DNA of 64,000 bases from Basidiobolus meristosporus CBS 931.73 (Eukaryota; Fungi; Basidiobolomycota), in contig MCFE01000509.1 in assembly GCA_002104905.1 (NCBI GenBank), forward strand, positions 896 to 64,895. Direction: 5' to 3'. The notes below the pieces were generated by a model. That model saw nothing but the letters and a program-made list of their open reading frames with translations, was not told the origin of the DNA and did not search any database. Within the stretch, counting starts at the first letter, position 1. Each line of letters begins with the position of its first letter. The translations under genes and the position numbers were made by a program. This document shows positions 15,016-27,814 of the stretch, piece after piece.

Positions 15016-15849
15016 TAAATGCATGACTTCATGCTCTAGAGTCAGTGTACCATGTTAGAGAGTACATTTGTGTGGTCATATTTAGTGCGGATGTGATTAG
15101 TCTAGCTTCAGTTGGCACATCATTTACATATTCAGGTTTTTCCAGCTGATTATCTTTCTTCTTGAAGCACCAGTCTGCCCTATGAAAGATTATTGTGATG
15201 ATCCCATCAAAAGGCCATCACAAATTTAAAGTCCCAAGACTGAGTGGTATGGGTCCTGTCAGGACACTGTGCAAAGACTATCAGAAAGTAAATGCACCCC
15301 AGATTTTACAAAAAACTTGGTCAAAATTTTTCATCATAACAATACATAAGTGGCTTTTGATTAGTTCTCTGCCAATTTGCTTTATTTCCCAACCTGTACA
15401 GATGGCAAGCATACCAGAAACATTTGGGCTGGAATATGATGGACAACCCAAAGGGCAGTGTATGCAGTGGCTAGGTCTTCTGGTTAGTGTGCATTGGTTG
15501 CAGTGCCTTGGCCACTTCAAGAACCAACACTATTCCCTGAATAGTTGGCCTCTGCAATGGCTGGTGAAAATCCAGATCTCATACACAGGGTCTAGCTTGT
15601 CAATCCTGATAGCCTCAAGGTGCAACATATTGTGAAGTAGCCGTAGCATAGATTGAGGGTAGATGGGAGGGATTTTGGGAGGTGGCTGCAGCATCATTTG
15701 CTAGAGAAGCTCCTCCTGGTTGTTGGCATGGAACAAGGGCTTTAGGCAGCAGAGTTTGTACAAGAGTAGCCCTAAAGCCCATATGTCCACCTTACTTGGG
15801 TAGGGCTGATTTCGAAACATTTCCTACAGAGCTGGATCATCAGCAGATT

Positions 15850-16780
15850 TGATTAGATATATATCGAGCCAAGGGAAACACCTACCGGAGCCATGCAGAG
15901 TGGCGTCTAAAAGTATTGGATCAGTCATGTTTGCTAGATATGCTTTTAAGAGCGTACTCCAACAAACGTACAGGTCACAGATCTTGGGCGAGGCTGCGGT
16001 ACAATCCCAAGTTGCCGAGCTTAAAAGTACTCTCTGAAGTGATAAAACTGGAAGGAATTAGTCATAGCCATGTTGATGATCATCCACCATACCATTTTCT
16101 GGTTTGATGTCCTGATGGACAATCATCCGTGGCTGCATATGACATCAGTGGACGGCATTAACCACTTTTGCAAAGAAATCGCCCGTACCTTTGCCGGCCT
16201 CACTTGACAGCTTTTTCCAAAGAAACCATTAGCGCAACCTTCCTGGTACCGTAATGGGATTGCTGTTACCTGTTCTCTCGAAATTCGTTAGTAAAAAAGG
16301 CCAAATCTCGATGACCACAATATCCCACGACAGTGTGAAGCAGCTCTTTTCGAACATCATGAGCATATTCCCCAACAAATACAAGGCTTAGGTGCTTCAC
16401 TCCACGCAATAACCTTGCCCCGTAGGGGAAATACCGCAACTTGGTATGCTCGTTTGATTTTACCGTGATTAGCTTAATCGCAAAGATCCGCAAAGGTATG
16501 ATGAGGTTGAGCAATACCGTTTGTCGATTGGCCCTACCTTACGGTCTTTATTGCAATTTAACACATGGCTGGTCTGCGCACCTGAATAAAGTATTGTGGT
16601 TGGTCTTTCTTTTTAGTAACAGATAGCGTATAGCCAATGATATTCTTCTCTGTTGGATGCGTAAATAGACTGTAATTCTTAACAAAATATTCGGGTCTAT
16701 TGAGAATAATAGTTGGCAGAGAAAACCGGCAACACTGTAGTGCTTTGGCATTTTTTCTGCTCTTTGATCGATACATGGCA
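15850..16780 (-). pseudogene. Protein kinase pseudogene (NEK/NimA-like)
   Basis: Subdomains appear in order: LLRGVKHLSLV (HPNIV-like), LHTVVGYCGHRDL (LYIVMEYCxGGDL-like), FFAKVVNAVH*CH, IVHQDIKPEN (HRD changed to HQD, CGG>CAG), FKLGNLGL (KLGDLGL-like) and MAP. It carries stops and frameshifts. Confidence 0.7.
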
Positions 16781-17089
16781 GCTTGGTGGGCTAAGGTACA
16801 TTAGGAGGGCTCGGTATGAGCAACTCTACTGATGAGAAACTAATTGACTAGCATTTGCACAGATGCCTTGCTCCAGTCACCGATAACAATCCCCTCCGTA
16901 AGCTAGGATGTTATTGTGCACTTTCAGCAGCGCTTGTAGACCCCGGTTACTATTTGAGCAACAAGCACGTTACAGACAAGTGTTCAGCAATTCAAAGCTT
17001 CTTGCATTACTGTCTATTAAACTCCATCATGAGTTTTGATTTTTCCCATATATAGATAGGGCATAAGAAAAGCCCACTCAGCATTCAAG

Positions 17090-17344
17090 ATGCATTATCA
17101 ACTCACTCTCATTTTCACTCTCCTCATCGCCTCTTACGCCGTTGGGCCTCCTGAACAACGCACAGTCACCGACGTGACGATTGCATTGATTTCCATCCGG
17201 GATCCACAAAGCGCGCCAATGGTACAAAAATTCCGATCCAATAAGCAGGGCAATACCCGTGCCATTCTTGACAATCTTTTGGGTCAGATGTCAAATGATA
17301 GGATATGTAAGAGGCTAACAAGCAAGCGGGGTACCAATGAGTGA
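17090..17344 (+). CDS. Possible small secreted protein (84 aa)
   Basis: Hydrophobic N-terminus MHYQLTLIFTLLIASYA; no recognised domain. Confidence 0.3.
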   Translation: MHYQLTLIFTLLIASYAVGPPEQRTVTDVTIALISIRDPQSAPMVQKFRSNKQGNTRAILDNLLGQMSNDRICKRLTSKRGTNE

Positions 17345-17348
17345 GTTG

Positions 17349-17760
17349 TTAGCTTGACCTACACTGGCTGGCAGCAAATGAAGTGGCTACTGGAGTACAG
17401 TGAAAGAAGAGTAGCCGGTTAAGATGCTTGAGAAAATGAGCATCTTGCAAGGCCCCTACAGTACCATAGTTGCTACACATGCAAACGGAGTCACTGGCTG
17501 AGTATTTCAACCGGTGGTTCTTGTGTACATAGCAAATGGATTTAGTACAAGCATACAAAGTGTTGATTAGAGCACTTGGTGTTTAATGGTAGCCGGTACA
17601 GCCATGGTAGCGCCACCTGCCACCAGTGACGAGAAACGCAGCTTAGATTCAGTAGGATCTGATGTTCACCTCGTGCTGCCAAATCCTTGCACAGAATTGG
17701 GCCAACGATTACCGCAAAAAGGCTATGGGTGCGCATCATTAGTTGAGGAAGTGTGGGCAA
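17349..17760 (-). pseudogene. F-box-like protein relic
   Basis: LP...ILLNLSCVSRHWWQVALPWLY is a fungal F-box-like motif; the sequence continues after a frameshift in ORF 17349-17558. Confidence 0.5.
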
Positions 17761-20700
17761 AGTGATGTAAACACAACACCACCCATATATAGGTTCCTGG
17801 TGCTACGCCCCCACTAAACAAAGAGAGCAATGCCTTGAGCATTAACAGGTGTGTGATAAAGTGTTGTATAAATAGTCAGGTGATTTCATACTCAAACATT
17901 GACAACCCCTTTGTCGTTTGCTCTTTGTCTACAACTACGGGCTGTGGGAGCAGTATTCCAACAAACATGCTGCATTTATTTCACTTGTCCTCTGCCATCA
18001 GTGGGGCTCCTTGTTTGGTAGACGTGCACATATGTCCGGTCCTTAACGTAGAGGACAAACTACCCAGAGGTGGACCAATACTCCGCTCCACTATTGGAAG
18101 AGATACTCTACTTCTGTGGACATCTGCAAGACAAGCTACAACAGGAAGTACTTGTACTAACCTCACTGATATTTCGATGCAGCAAAGAACGAGCAGGAGA
18201 TGTATCAGGCAAATGGCAATGTTTTAATGTTAATTGCGTAGGCTAACAAAGCACTCGGGGAAGGCCCGGCAGCATCACACACGCTATAAGCAGAGACACA
18301 CGTAGAGGAGGTACTAGCAAGAGAGCGGATGCCATAGTCTATGCTTTGAAAGGCTCCAGGGTAGTGCCAAGATAGCAATAGCACAACAGTATACACACAC
18401 CAATTAGACTTGCATAACACTCAACATTTTAAAACGAAATATTTTCTCAAACCATCTTTGCATTTGCTAGTAGATTTTCGGTAGTAATCACAAGCATAAT
18501 TGGTATTATTACGAATGGCATGGATAGCCACACTCTTCATAGAATCTAGTACGAACCATAGATGAGCTGTACTGAGCTGTACTCACACAAGGATGGTATT
18601 GAACAAAATGGCATATGACCGATGAGCTTTCAGATCTATGGGCGGAGTGCAACTAATTTGATCAGTGCCAATCCTTATATTTCACTGGCAGTGGCTACAG
18701 TATGCAAGCCTTAGGCATTGTCAACCAGGCAAATCCAATAATGTTGGACACTGTGACTGAGGGATCATGAATCTATCAGCAGCCGTTCCAAAGTGCAATT
18801 GCGTACATCAAGTGTCTTCAGTATACTTAACATACCATCCATCCTCGTCGATGCAGCTTGTGCCACTCTTGTATCCTTCAAAAGTTCCATGATACGGTTA
18901 GCGAAATCGTCAATACACTTGGTGCAAAGGCTGGCTATTTTGTTGGGTAAGTCAGGCACGCAAAGTCATCCCATGAATGCTTGGTCCCCTCCTGTTTGGT
19001 ATATGCTTAGGAATCTGGGTCTACACAGATCCAGGGCCAGTTTTCAATGTAAATACCAGGGTTTACCCAAGCGTGGGCTACATCTTTGAACCCAAAAAGT
19101 TAGTGTCAAACCGGTGAACAAGGCCCAGACACCTACCCATTGTGAACAATGTGCAGACAAATTCCGTACAGGACGCTCAGGTACTTTCCAACCAGAATCA
19201 ATACTTTCAGGTGCAGCCAGGATGAAAACCAAGACGGCAATCAGCCATCATGCAGTTGTTGTTAACAACACCGCCATAGTTGTATACGCAGAGGCCACTA
19301 TTAATGGGAGCAGATCATGAGCACTGCTACATGTGGAGATTGGGTATCCTAGAGTATATTGCCATTTCAAGAGGTTCAAGCAAGAGTCCGCCATTATTCA
19401 GGGTAGAATTCATGATAATGTAGGAAGTATTTGGTGCGTATGAAACCTACCTCTCTGGGGCTTTTGAATTATACTCATTGGTATCAGCACAGGGTGAAAA
19501 CACCAAAGCCCAACTGTTGTACACTACCATTACCAGAAAGCATGGCATGCTGAAAACACTCTAATATGAATATCAGTGCTTGATCCATTTTGCCATTTAT
19601 TATAAAGGCCAAACCAGTATTAAACTTGGCTAAACTCGAGCCAGCCTCATAGAAATAGCTCTCAGCAACAGTACATGGTTCTCTAATTAGTAGCTGCCTA
19701 TCTTCACGCTGTTCTTCAGGGTGTGCAAAGCCAATCTTTACCCGTCACTTTCCTATCTCCTGGGTTGGCCGCTGGACTTTGGATCATCGGAGGGAAAGGT
19801 GGAAATTGGTGTGAAGTTGAATCTATCAAGCACCCTTGTTCCCATGCTGGTGATGGCTATATTTCTGCTACCACATACAAGGCAACAAATCATATGAAAA
19901 ATGGAGTTTTATTGGCTTTGGATTCATTGAGTGTCTTCTATAGCTCAATATAGTGACTATCCTGATCAGTGCAATCATCGCTACATTGAACATCTTCCAT
20001 AGGCTCAGCGAACTAACTTCCTTGACAACTGTAATGTATTAATAGTGCGGTGCTAAAATAAATATTACATCGGGTATGAGTGACTGTTACTGTGGCCTGT
20101 AGATTATATGTAGAATGTGATATGTGAATTACCACTTTACAGGGACTGTGTTATAGTTAGGAAGCCGGCACTGCGTAGTTGCAAAAACAATGAATTACTC
20201 TACAATATTGTGCAATGAATAAACTATTTAATATGTATGTCTTTAAATATATTGAAGTATGCACAATAGCTATTCAAGTCAAACACCAGATTATTCATTT
20301 ACTAATGACTATTAGGAAATACTGAATTGACAACAATGCTGCTGTTGAGTAGTTACGCTTTTTTTGGTAAGGAGTGATGATCACGAGTGATACAACCAAC
20401 TAACTCATGGTATTTGTTTGGCTTGGGCATTGTATCCCCAAAGTTGAGTGGGTTTTTCCGACAGCGTCCAATCAAGTCTCATAGCTCAAGAATATGTCAA
20501 AACTATCAAAGCGCAGTCTGGCTAGTATGCTGCTTGATATTCTGAAAATAAACCGTATTGTAGTTCGCTGACAGCAACAAGTAACTGTTGTCAATCTGTG
20601 CATCCCAGTGACTGCTGTCCACCCGTTTATTTCATTTTCAGGCGTACCTGTCAAATAACAATGACAAAGTGCATCTGCAGTATTTAGTGTCTTCCAGCGC

Positions 20701-21387
20701 TACCTGATCAGTGCAATTGGTGCCACGTTTATAACCTACAAATGCTCCAAAATATAGTTAGGAAACATGCATTAAACTTTAGATACTTCAGCGTCTTCAT
20801 AATACTACGGCCACATATTTATTCTATTTGCGGGAAAGACATAGTATTCCACGTTGAGGCAGCTTAAGAACACACCTGATATTGTGTTTCTTCTAAAGGC
20901 TTGTACTGCTCGTCTTCAACAACGCAGTTATCGCCACATTGCGCATCATCCATAAGCTGTGATTCTTGACCCTCAGATACACTGGGTTTCAGCTACGGGT
21001 GTTGAGCCCTGTACATCTTGTGAGGGCCGGACCACAACAACGGGATATGATAAGTATTAGTAAAGGTACTTATACGTGCCTGTGATAGTATCTTGAATTG
21101 GGGGCAACGGCTTTGTATTTGTTACCTTAAGTAATATGTTAAACTCGTGTTCTATGTTTTGGAATAAAAATGGCATGGTAATTCATGTAGGGATCTCCTA
21201 TAATAACACTTCTGGCAGACGGCTCTGTACGTTTTCCCAATATAATATCATGAAAGATCCAATTCCTTCCGGATAAACACTTACCCACTCCTTTGACTCT
21301 TTTGGTGTCAATACTTTTACAGTAAGTATGGTATATAATGAGGAGATCTGAGTCTACACCCTCCACCCTAACCCTCTCACCCTCACC

Positions 21388-21597
21388 CTAATCCATATAT
21401 TTCTCATCATCACCATCCTCTTGAGGCTGGTTGTCATATTCAGGTGCTGGTGTACATTTTGCTTGCTGGTGGCAGCCACTTTTTTGCACTCCACAAACAT
21501 TGTCACCATAGCTGACCCGAGAAGAATTGTCTGCTGTAGCTGGACTATAATGGATAAAAGTGATATAGATAGCTATCAAAATGATAGCAAGTAACAT
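21388..21597 (-). pseudogene. Secreted family A member, truncated
   Basis: Signal-like N-terminus, then C..Q...C.Q......P..EY....EDGDD, which aligns by eye with the N-terminus of ORF 40501-41046. It stops at a telomere-like tract. Confidence 0.55.
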
Positions 21598-22105
21598 GTG
21601 TGATGATTAGCCTGGCACCACTGAGTACCAGCCATCAGCTTGCTATATAGCCCATGTTGTCTCAGTCTATCAAACTCAGCCAAGTCTTGACTAATGGCTT
21701 GCACACCACATGGGTCAATGGATCTACAATTCCAGGGAGAATTTTGACACATTAACATTGGAAATGATAAGATAAGGCTAGATTAGCAATACACTTACAA
21801 TGAGCTCAACCATTGTTTAAGATAGATTGACTCCGTGTGTTACTAAGAACTATCCATGCTTACATTGATAAACCAATGAGAACGCTCTGCCGCTTTAGTG
21901 CGTACACACGTAGCACCTGTTCAAGGATACAAGTTATTGGCTCATCTAGTTTTCTCATCCAGTGGCGCCGATCATAATGATTCTTGAATGCATGTTGATA
22001 GCAACGAGGCATTTGGTCCAACTTCAGTTGAGGCTCGGGTTACAGCACCAAGTGCCTATTTTCTGGCTCAGGGACCAACAATGTTGCTTGATAAGCGCTT
22101 ACAAA

Positions 22106-22594
22106 TCAGGTGCCAAATAGAACGAACAATGGTGATTTATTGAATTTGGGATTTGTTGCAACAATGGGATAAGCAGAGCCATCCTCGGAGTGTTCAGCTC
22201 CCTTCCGCTTGGCGTACTCAGTTACACTAGCTTCACCTTCTACTTCAAGGCTGGGGCCTGATAGATACTTCACGTTGAGGCTCTTGTCGCTGTTGGCATT
22301 TACGGTGTTGAGATTATCATTTTTCCCGGTCGCGGTGGTGAATACCTGCCGCAATAATGGAACTGGGACATCTGATGTTTTGACAGTAGGCTGAATTTGA
22401 TCATTCTGGTAGCAGGTATTTGCATAGTTGGAACATGGTGAAATACGATGTTGGACTCCTCTGTATTCGCGGGCTTAAGTCTGAGAAAATATATAGCATG
22501 GTAAACTACATAATACGGTTTGGATATCGATGATGGTTATAGTGCAAGTATGATGATGAATTCCAATTTTGTTAGATTACAAGTTAGCCTTCAT
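22106..22594 (-). pseudogene. Secreted family B member, disrupted
   Basis: REYRGVQHRISPCSNYANTCYQN..PLLRQVFTT..NVKYLSGPSLEVEG..EYAKRKGAEH aligns with 39642-40139. A 21-nt in-frame insertion containing TAA sits between PC and AREY. Confidence 0.75.
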
Positions 22595-23152
22595 CAATCA
22601 GCCAACTGTTGTACGGTGACTTGACGTGATTGACGTATGCTAAATAAATAAGAATCTTATTAGCATTGAGCGTTCGCAAAATAACCTAGTGATTTCAAGA
22701 TCAATATTTATTCATGTTCTGGTTGGTTGTCGTATTCAGGCAATTGTATTTCTTGGTAGCATACTTGCCCGTAGCTGACCTGGGAAGAGTCGTATTTTCG
22801 GTGGAAATATGAGCCACTTGGCTTTTTATCCGTTAATAAAGCAATCGATTCAAATCGCATATAGTCTGTCTTGGTTTAAAGTATCGAGTGCCAATTGACC
22901 AAAGAATGCTTGTTTACTTTGCTTTTAACATTCCGATGGTTGGTTAACTCAATATGGCTAGGAAGGAACAAATCCTTAATACAAATCCTCCATGCAACAG
23001 TAAACACCGGTTATCCCCTGATTGTATTACTGAAGGAGAAATGTTGATTAACTTTGCTTCTCATTTAGTTGCTGGGAATAAAATGCTGATGAATCCTGCT
23101 TAGCATGTATTTAAGTAACGATTTGCATCCTGGTGTATCAATAAGAACGAAG

Positions 23153-23623
23153 ATGCTTCGCAGTCTCCACATTCTATCCACCGTAGCATTCCTAGTCGGT
23201 GTTTCCCTTGCAACTCCCATTGATACATACAACCAACAAGTTGGACAGACTCCGTACTTTGGTCAAGGCGGCTTGGTGGACGCTAGTGGGAACACAGAGT
23301 CTGAATCATATACGCCGACATACTATCAACTAAATACTTATCCTTTGTTGGAAAATGTCCAGACCAATTCGGTACAAGATGCTCAGGCACTTTCCAAATT
23401 AAACCAATACGACCAGGTGCAGCAAGTAGATCAGACGTTGTACCAACCATATGCGCCCACATACGTCCAACCACTTTTACCGCTGAGGACGAGGATGAGG
23501 ATGGGAATGACTCCGATTACCAACCATCGTGTGGACGTTGTCAATGAAGACGTAGATACAGAGGCTGGTACTAATGTGAGCAAAGTTAATCAGCACTTAA
23601 TCACCATTTTAATACTAGTTTGA
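23153..23623 (+). CDS. Secreted family A-related protein (~156 aa)
   Basis: Signal peptide MLRSLHILSTVAFLVGVSLA|TP. It shares ALSxxNQxDQxQxxDQTLYQP with ORF 40501-41046. Confidence 0.65.
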   Translation: MLRSLHILSTVAFLVGVSLATPIDTYNQQVGQTPYFGQGGLVDASGNTESESYTPTYYQLNTYPLLENVQTNSVQDAQALSKLNQYDQVQQVDQTLYQPYAPTYVQPLLPLRTRMRMGMTPITNHRVDVVNEDVDTEAGTNVSKVNQHLITILILV

Positions 23624-23924
23624 ATAAGAAATCAGGGAAAACCGAAGAGTACAATATTACGAATATCTTCCATATATTTGGCATTCTGGTTGTGCGGGAC
23701 TGAGCGTCATAATAACCGATAGGCAGATTAGGATTGATTGCCAATAGGCCAAAGAATGTTGATTTATTTTCCTACATTCATTGGAATCATTGGTCAAACA
23801 CCGTTTAATGCAACCTTGAAAGTTGTTCGTGAGATGATGGTTAAACTAAACTATTTAATTGATGAATCCCGCTTACCATGTGTATAACCATCGTCAAGAA
23901 CCATATCTCATCATTGAAGCTTTA

Positions 23925-24300
23925 TTAGATTGAAGGTTGTCTAACGTAGCTTTCAGCACATTGCGTATTCTCCATAGGTTCGGTATTTAGAACGTTCTGG
24001 TCTGGGCTATTGGTGACGCATAGGGTACTGCACATCTTGGGTGGGCTACCTAAGGACTTAAGGATACGCAAAGCTATCTGATGTAATAATGGGGCTTGGG
24101 CATTTGCTGTCCTAACAGGGAGCAAGGCTTGGACATTCTGATAACTGCAGCTTGAAGCCCAAAACCACCGCTCCAGTAGTTGTACGCATCTTTTTGGATA
24201 CATGAGTACTCAGGTAAATTCATTGATGAAAATTTAACATGGTTCGGATACTGATTATTCTGATACACCGCTAATAAACTACAGATGGACATTGCTTATA
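23925..24300 (-). pseudogene. Secreted family B member, strongly diverged
   Basis: SCSYQNVQALLPVRTANAQAPLLHQ resembles DCYQNARVLPVVKTTNVQSPLLRQ, and the C-terminal ENTQCAES resembles AEMQCVED. Confidence 0.55.
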
Positions 24301-24886
24301 TATTGTTGAAAGAAAGCCTACAAGTGTCTTTGAGGCAGGTATGCTAGAATAATTGTTGGTTGAGTGGCATTAGCATGTTTAGTAGCATTAGGCTATTGTG
24401 CAGGAACAGTTACTACTCTAGTTTGTAAATGTAATAAAATGTACTGTTGTGCTTACAATTAGTGCTAGTTGTATTTTACCTTATACTAAGTTATTGATTG
24501 TGGTGAGTACTTGCCTCAATAATGGAGCTTGAGTACCTGTGCTCTCATTATATTTTTCATTTGGAATATCTATGCCCTCATCAGATGACACACTTTGTTG
24601 CAAGCACCAGTTCAATATGCATAGTCCAAACTGCCATAAATAACTCTAAAATCAGCAGCTGCCAGCACTGTGGATATTATAATTAGTAAAGCAGGGGTAA
24701 GACTCATTGTTTGTGGATTGCTAGCCCCGCAGGAATTTCTTCTTGAATGTTCATGAAAGTACCGCAAGTAAAAATAGTTTGGTCATAACAGATTGAATTT
24801 GGATTTGATCCAGATTTCAGACTGAAGCCCATTGTATGGCCATCATAAGTACTTCTGGAAACTGTCAACTTTGCCCTATAGAAAAT

Positions 24887-25433
24887 CTCAAGCTTGGAGT
24901 TTATCTGATTTCAGCTAGCATTTTAATGGTATTTTGCTGGTATTCAGCTGGTATATTTCATTCCAATTTTTGGTTGGGCTACACTTTGCATTTAGATATC
25001 AATACCTGTCTACCCCAAAGTGGACAGCAATATACTTACTGCTATCTTACTTCCTTCCCTATTGGAAGCATTGCAATATTTTGTTGCATATTGATATATA
25101 TGTAGTTGGAATCAGAAAACTATTGCTTCAAGAATATCTATTTCTACATATGCACCTATGTCACAATTACATGGAACAATAATATATCTAATCTGTAGGA
25201 CTTCTGCAAGAGACTTGTAAAGCACCCAAATGTCTTGTACGGTGTGTAGTAGATGCATTTGACAAATATGTGTTTGCTGTATGTCACTTCCACCATAAAC
25301 CCTAAGAAGAAAATAAGCTACACAAATTTGACCAAATATTACAGCCCAAAATATAAAAGAAAAACACCAAGTCAATACCAGCAAAATACCAGTAGAATAT
25401 TAGCAAAGTACCAGAGGAACTCCAAGTTTGAGG
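24887..25433. mobile_element. Non-autonomous DNA transposon/MITE with ~55-bp inverted repeats
   Basis: CTCAAGCTTGGAGTTTATCTG..GGTATTTTGCTGGTATT pairs with AATACCAGCAAAATACC..GAACTCCAAGTTTGAG. A single related arm lies near 36000-36085. Confidence 0.6.
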
Positions 25434-25852
25434 TAAATCATTGGTAATCAAGTTCAAGACTTTTGCAAAAGTGTAAATTCTGCACAGCCAGTATACTCCT
25501 TCTTGTATACATATCAACATTTCACTCATTGGCACTTTCCTGTCTTTCTTGATTTTCACTTCATATTAGGAATTGTAGATTTCCTCATTTTCCCAGCAGA
25601 GTCCCATCAAGATTTGATAATTTTCCTAACAATAAAGGTCAGCCATGTGCTATTAGGTGAACCAAATGTATAAGCTCAGCTTGTTTTCCATGCATCTGGC
25701 TTGTGTCCCTTGGGGCTAGTTAAGTGCACCATATGCATCAGAGTCTCATTAATGCATACATTTCTCAAATTCACTTTTAGGCTGTAAAGAAGCTTGCAGA
25801 TCATTTTGGTTTACTATTCATTCTAGCTCACAACACCTCATTTGCTTTTGTC

Positions 25853-26521
25853 ATGCTGCTAGGCTTGAGCTCTAGTAAAGCAACAAAATGTCCGCATTGG
25901 ACTAAAAAACAACCAACACGAATGTTATTTTGCAACACAAAGCTGGTAATACAAGTGGTCTGGAGACAGGAGATATGCATCAATGGGGCAGGCAGCATTG
26001 GCGCACTTGCTACTTGGTCCGCGTCCAAAATTTTGAACTTCGTTATTACCAATACCTCTCGTTCCATAAGGATTGAGTGGTGTAAGAATATGGGCGCTAC
26101 ACATGTGGTCGATCATCACAAAAATCTGAAGGAGCAGCTATCTCCGCTTGGCATAATTGTGGACTACGTGTTCATTTGCTACTCTACCAAGAAGTACCTA
26201 CCAATTGCCAAAGTGATTGTCAAGCCACTCGGGCGCATTGTCTCGATTGTAGAGGTGGAAGAAGCATTGCCATTCACCAAGATAAGTAAAGCATTAAGTT
26301 TCTCTTGGGAATTCATGTTTGCCAAGAGCATGCACGCTTTCTACATGCAATCATGGTCGGTCATCTTGAATCGCATAGCTGATTTGACTGATAGCGGAGT
26401 TGTTCAGCAAACTGTCACCAAAACCCTTCAATTTTTCCGTCAAGGACTGCAAACTGCACACAGAAAGGTCCAGAGCGGTAAGGTCATTATAAAGATTACT
26501 CTAAATATGAGCAAGTGGTGA
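25853..26521 (+). pseudogene. 5'-truncated zinc-binding alcohol dehydrogenase / quinone oxidoreductase (MDR family, AL_MDR-like)
   Basis: INGAGSIG (degenerate GGAGGVG), EWCKNMGATHVVDH, SFSWEFMF and AHRKVQSGKVIIKI. The N-terminal GroES-like domain is missing. Confidence 0.8.
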
Positions 26522-26899
26522 CTCTAGTATGAGTTAGCTGCTGATATAGTAATGTTAATGCGATACGTTACTCTTGTTGGCATTCCCGATGCCTAATTAT
26601 TGACCTTAACTCTGTTGTATTGCATTCACTAAAGCTGCCGAGTTAGCCAAATATGGTACTTTAAGTCCAATTCCCCATTCCAATTTATCTGGCATATCTG
26701 GTGGCAAAACCAGCATTTGTTTACTTCCCTTTTTTAGGCATATTGAACGCTAAATTTTGTCTCGCAATTGACTATATTAAGGAAGTGCTCTAGCCCATTT
26801 ATTAACCGTTGCGTTACAAGGCATATTTGTTAGCACCGAAATGCTGGATAAATGAGTTCGTCTGTGCTTTGCAGCCAGACGCACCACACTTCTTATCGC

Positions 26900-27760
26900 T
26901 CTGTATAGTGGCTGAACTCTGAGACAAGTCGCCAAATTGACCAAACTTCAGCCTTAATACCTAAGGTATTCTATGATACGTTGCGCAAGAGGAATAGGGT
27001 CGGGATCATTAGAAGCTCTAAAGTCAGCTGTGGTGTTCCAGACATCGTATTCAATGAAATGAACTCTCCCTCTGATGAATCCATCACACTAGCTGTATCG
27101 TCAAATTCCTGATACATTTCGTCAACGGTGTTTTCAGGGTTCCAGTCAACGAGATCAGAGTTCTAGATGACGACAGTGAAGCCCAGGTGTTTTAGAATCT
27201 TGCGCGAAGGAGTGTCGGTGTCGCCGTAAGGAGGGCGCACACAAGCAGGCATGACCCCAAGAACAATAGCAAAAGCGAGACTCAGCTTAGTCATCTCATA
27301 GGCGATATTTTGCTCGCCGACAGTTTAGTAATCGATGGGAGGCCTGATGTGCGAGCATATCTGATGCTCAGGATCATAGGCTCTCTTGACTACATCCAAT
27401 AGTTTGTAAATACTCCTGATTGGGTTCTCAGCATCGTAGTTCTTGAAGTTCAGCCCGTTTGTGAAATATGTGGATTTAACCCCGAATTTGTTGAGATAGT
27501 CGGGTAAGCCAGAAGGGAGCAGATTAGGCCGTAGGGACAGTAGCTTTAATACCATTATTGCATTCACCATACTCTTCCTGACACCCAGCAGTGTAACAGC
27601 CAGACGAGTAGCCACAGTAGCCATACTCACTACCGCACAGACCTGGGGCACAGATTCCTACTCCGGATATAGATAGCTCTATGACAACTTGTGACATAGG
27701 GAGAAGCCAGTGCTGAGAAGTGCCAGTGTCAAACTAATTAGAGGCTTCTTCGAAAAAATT
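26900..27760 (-). pseudogene. CBM18 (hevein) plus NodB-type chitin deacetylase pseudogene
   Basis: CAPGLCGSEYGYCGYSSGCYTAGCQEEYGEC (CBM18), KSTYFTNG..DVVKRAYDPEHQICSH and VRPPYG..LGFTVVI*NSDLVDW (CE4 motifs). It has frameshifts and stops. Confidence 0.8.
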
Positions 27761-27814
27761 AAACTGCATCAGGTTTTCTTGAATCTGGGACTCTTTCATT
27801 ACCCTATTTATGTT

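Noticed and set aside
19723-19953. PGLAAGLWIIG..NWCEVE resembling a GH16 catalytic segment
   Set aside because: The ExDxE motif is absent and there is no further similarity.
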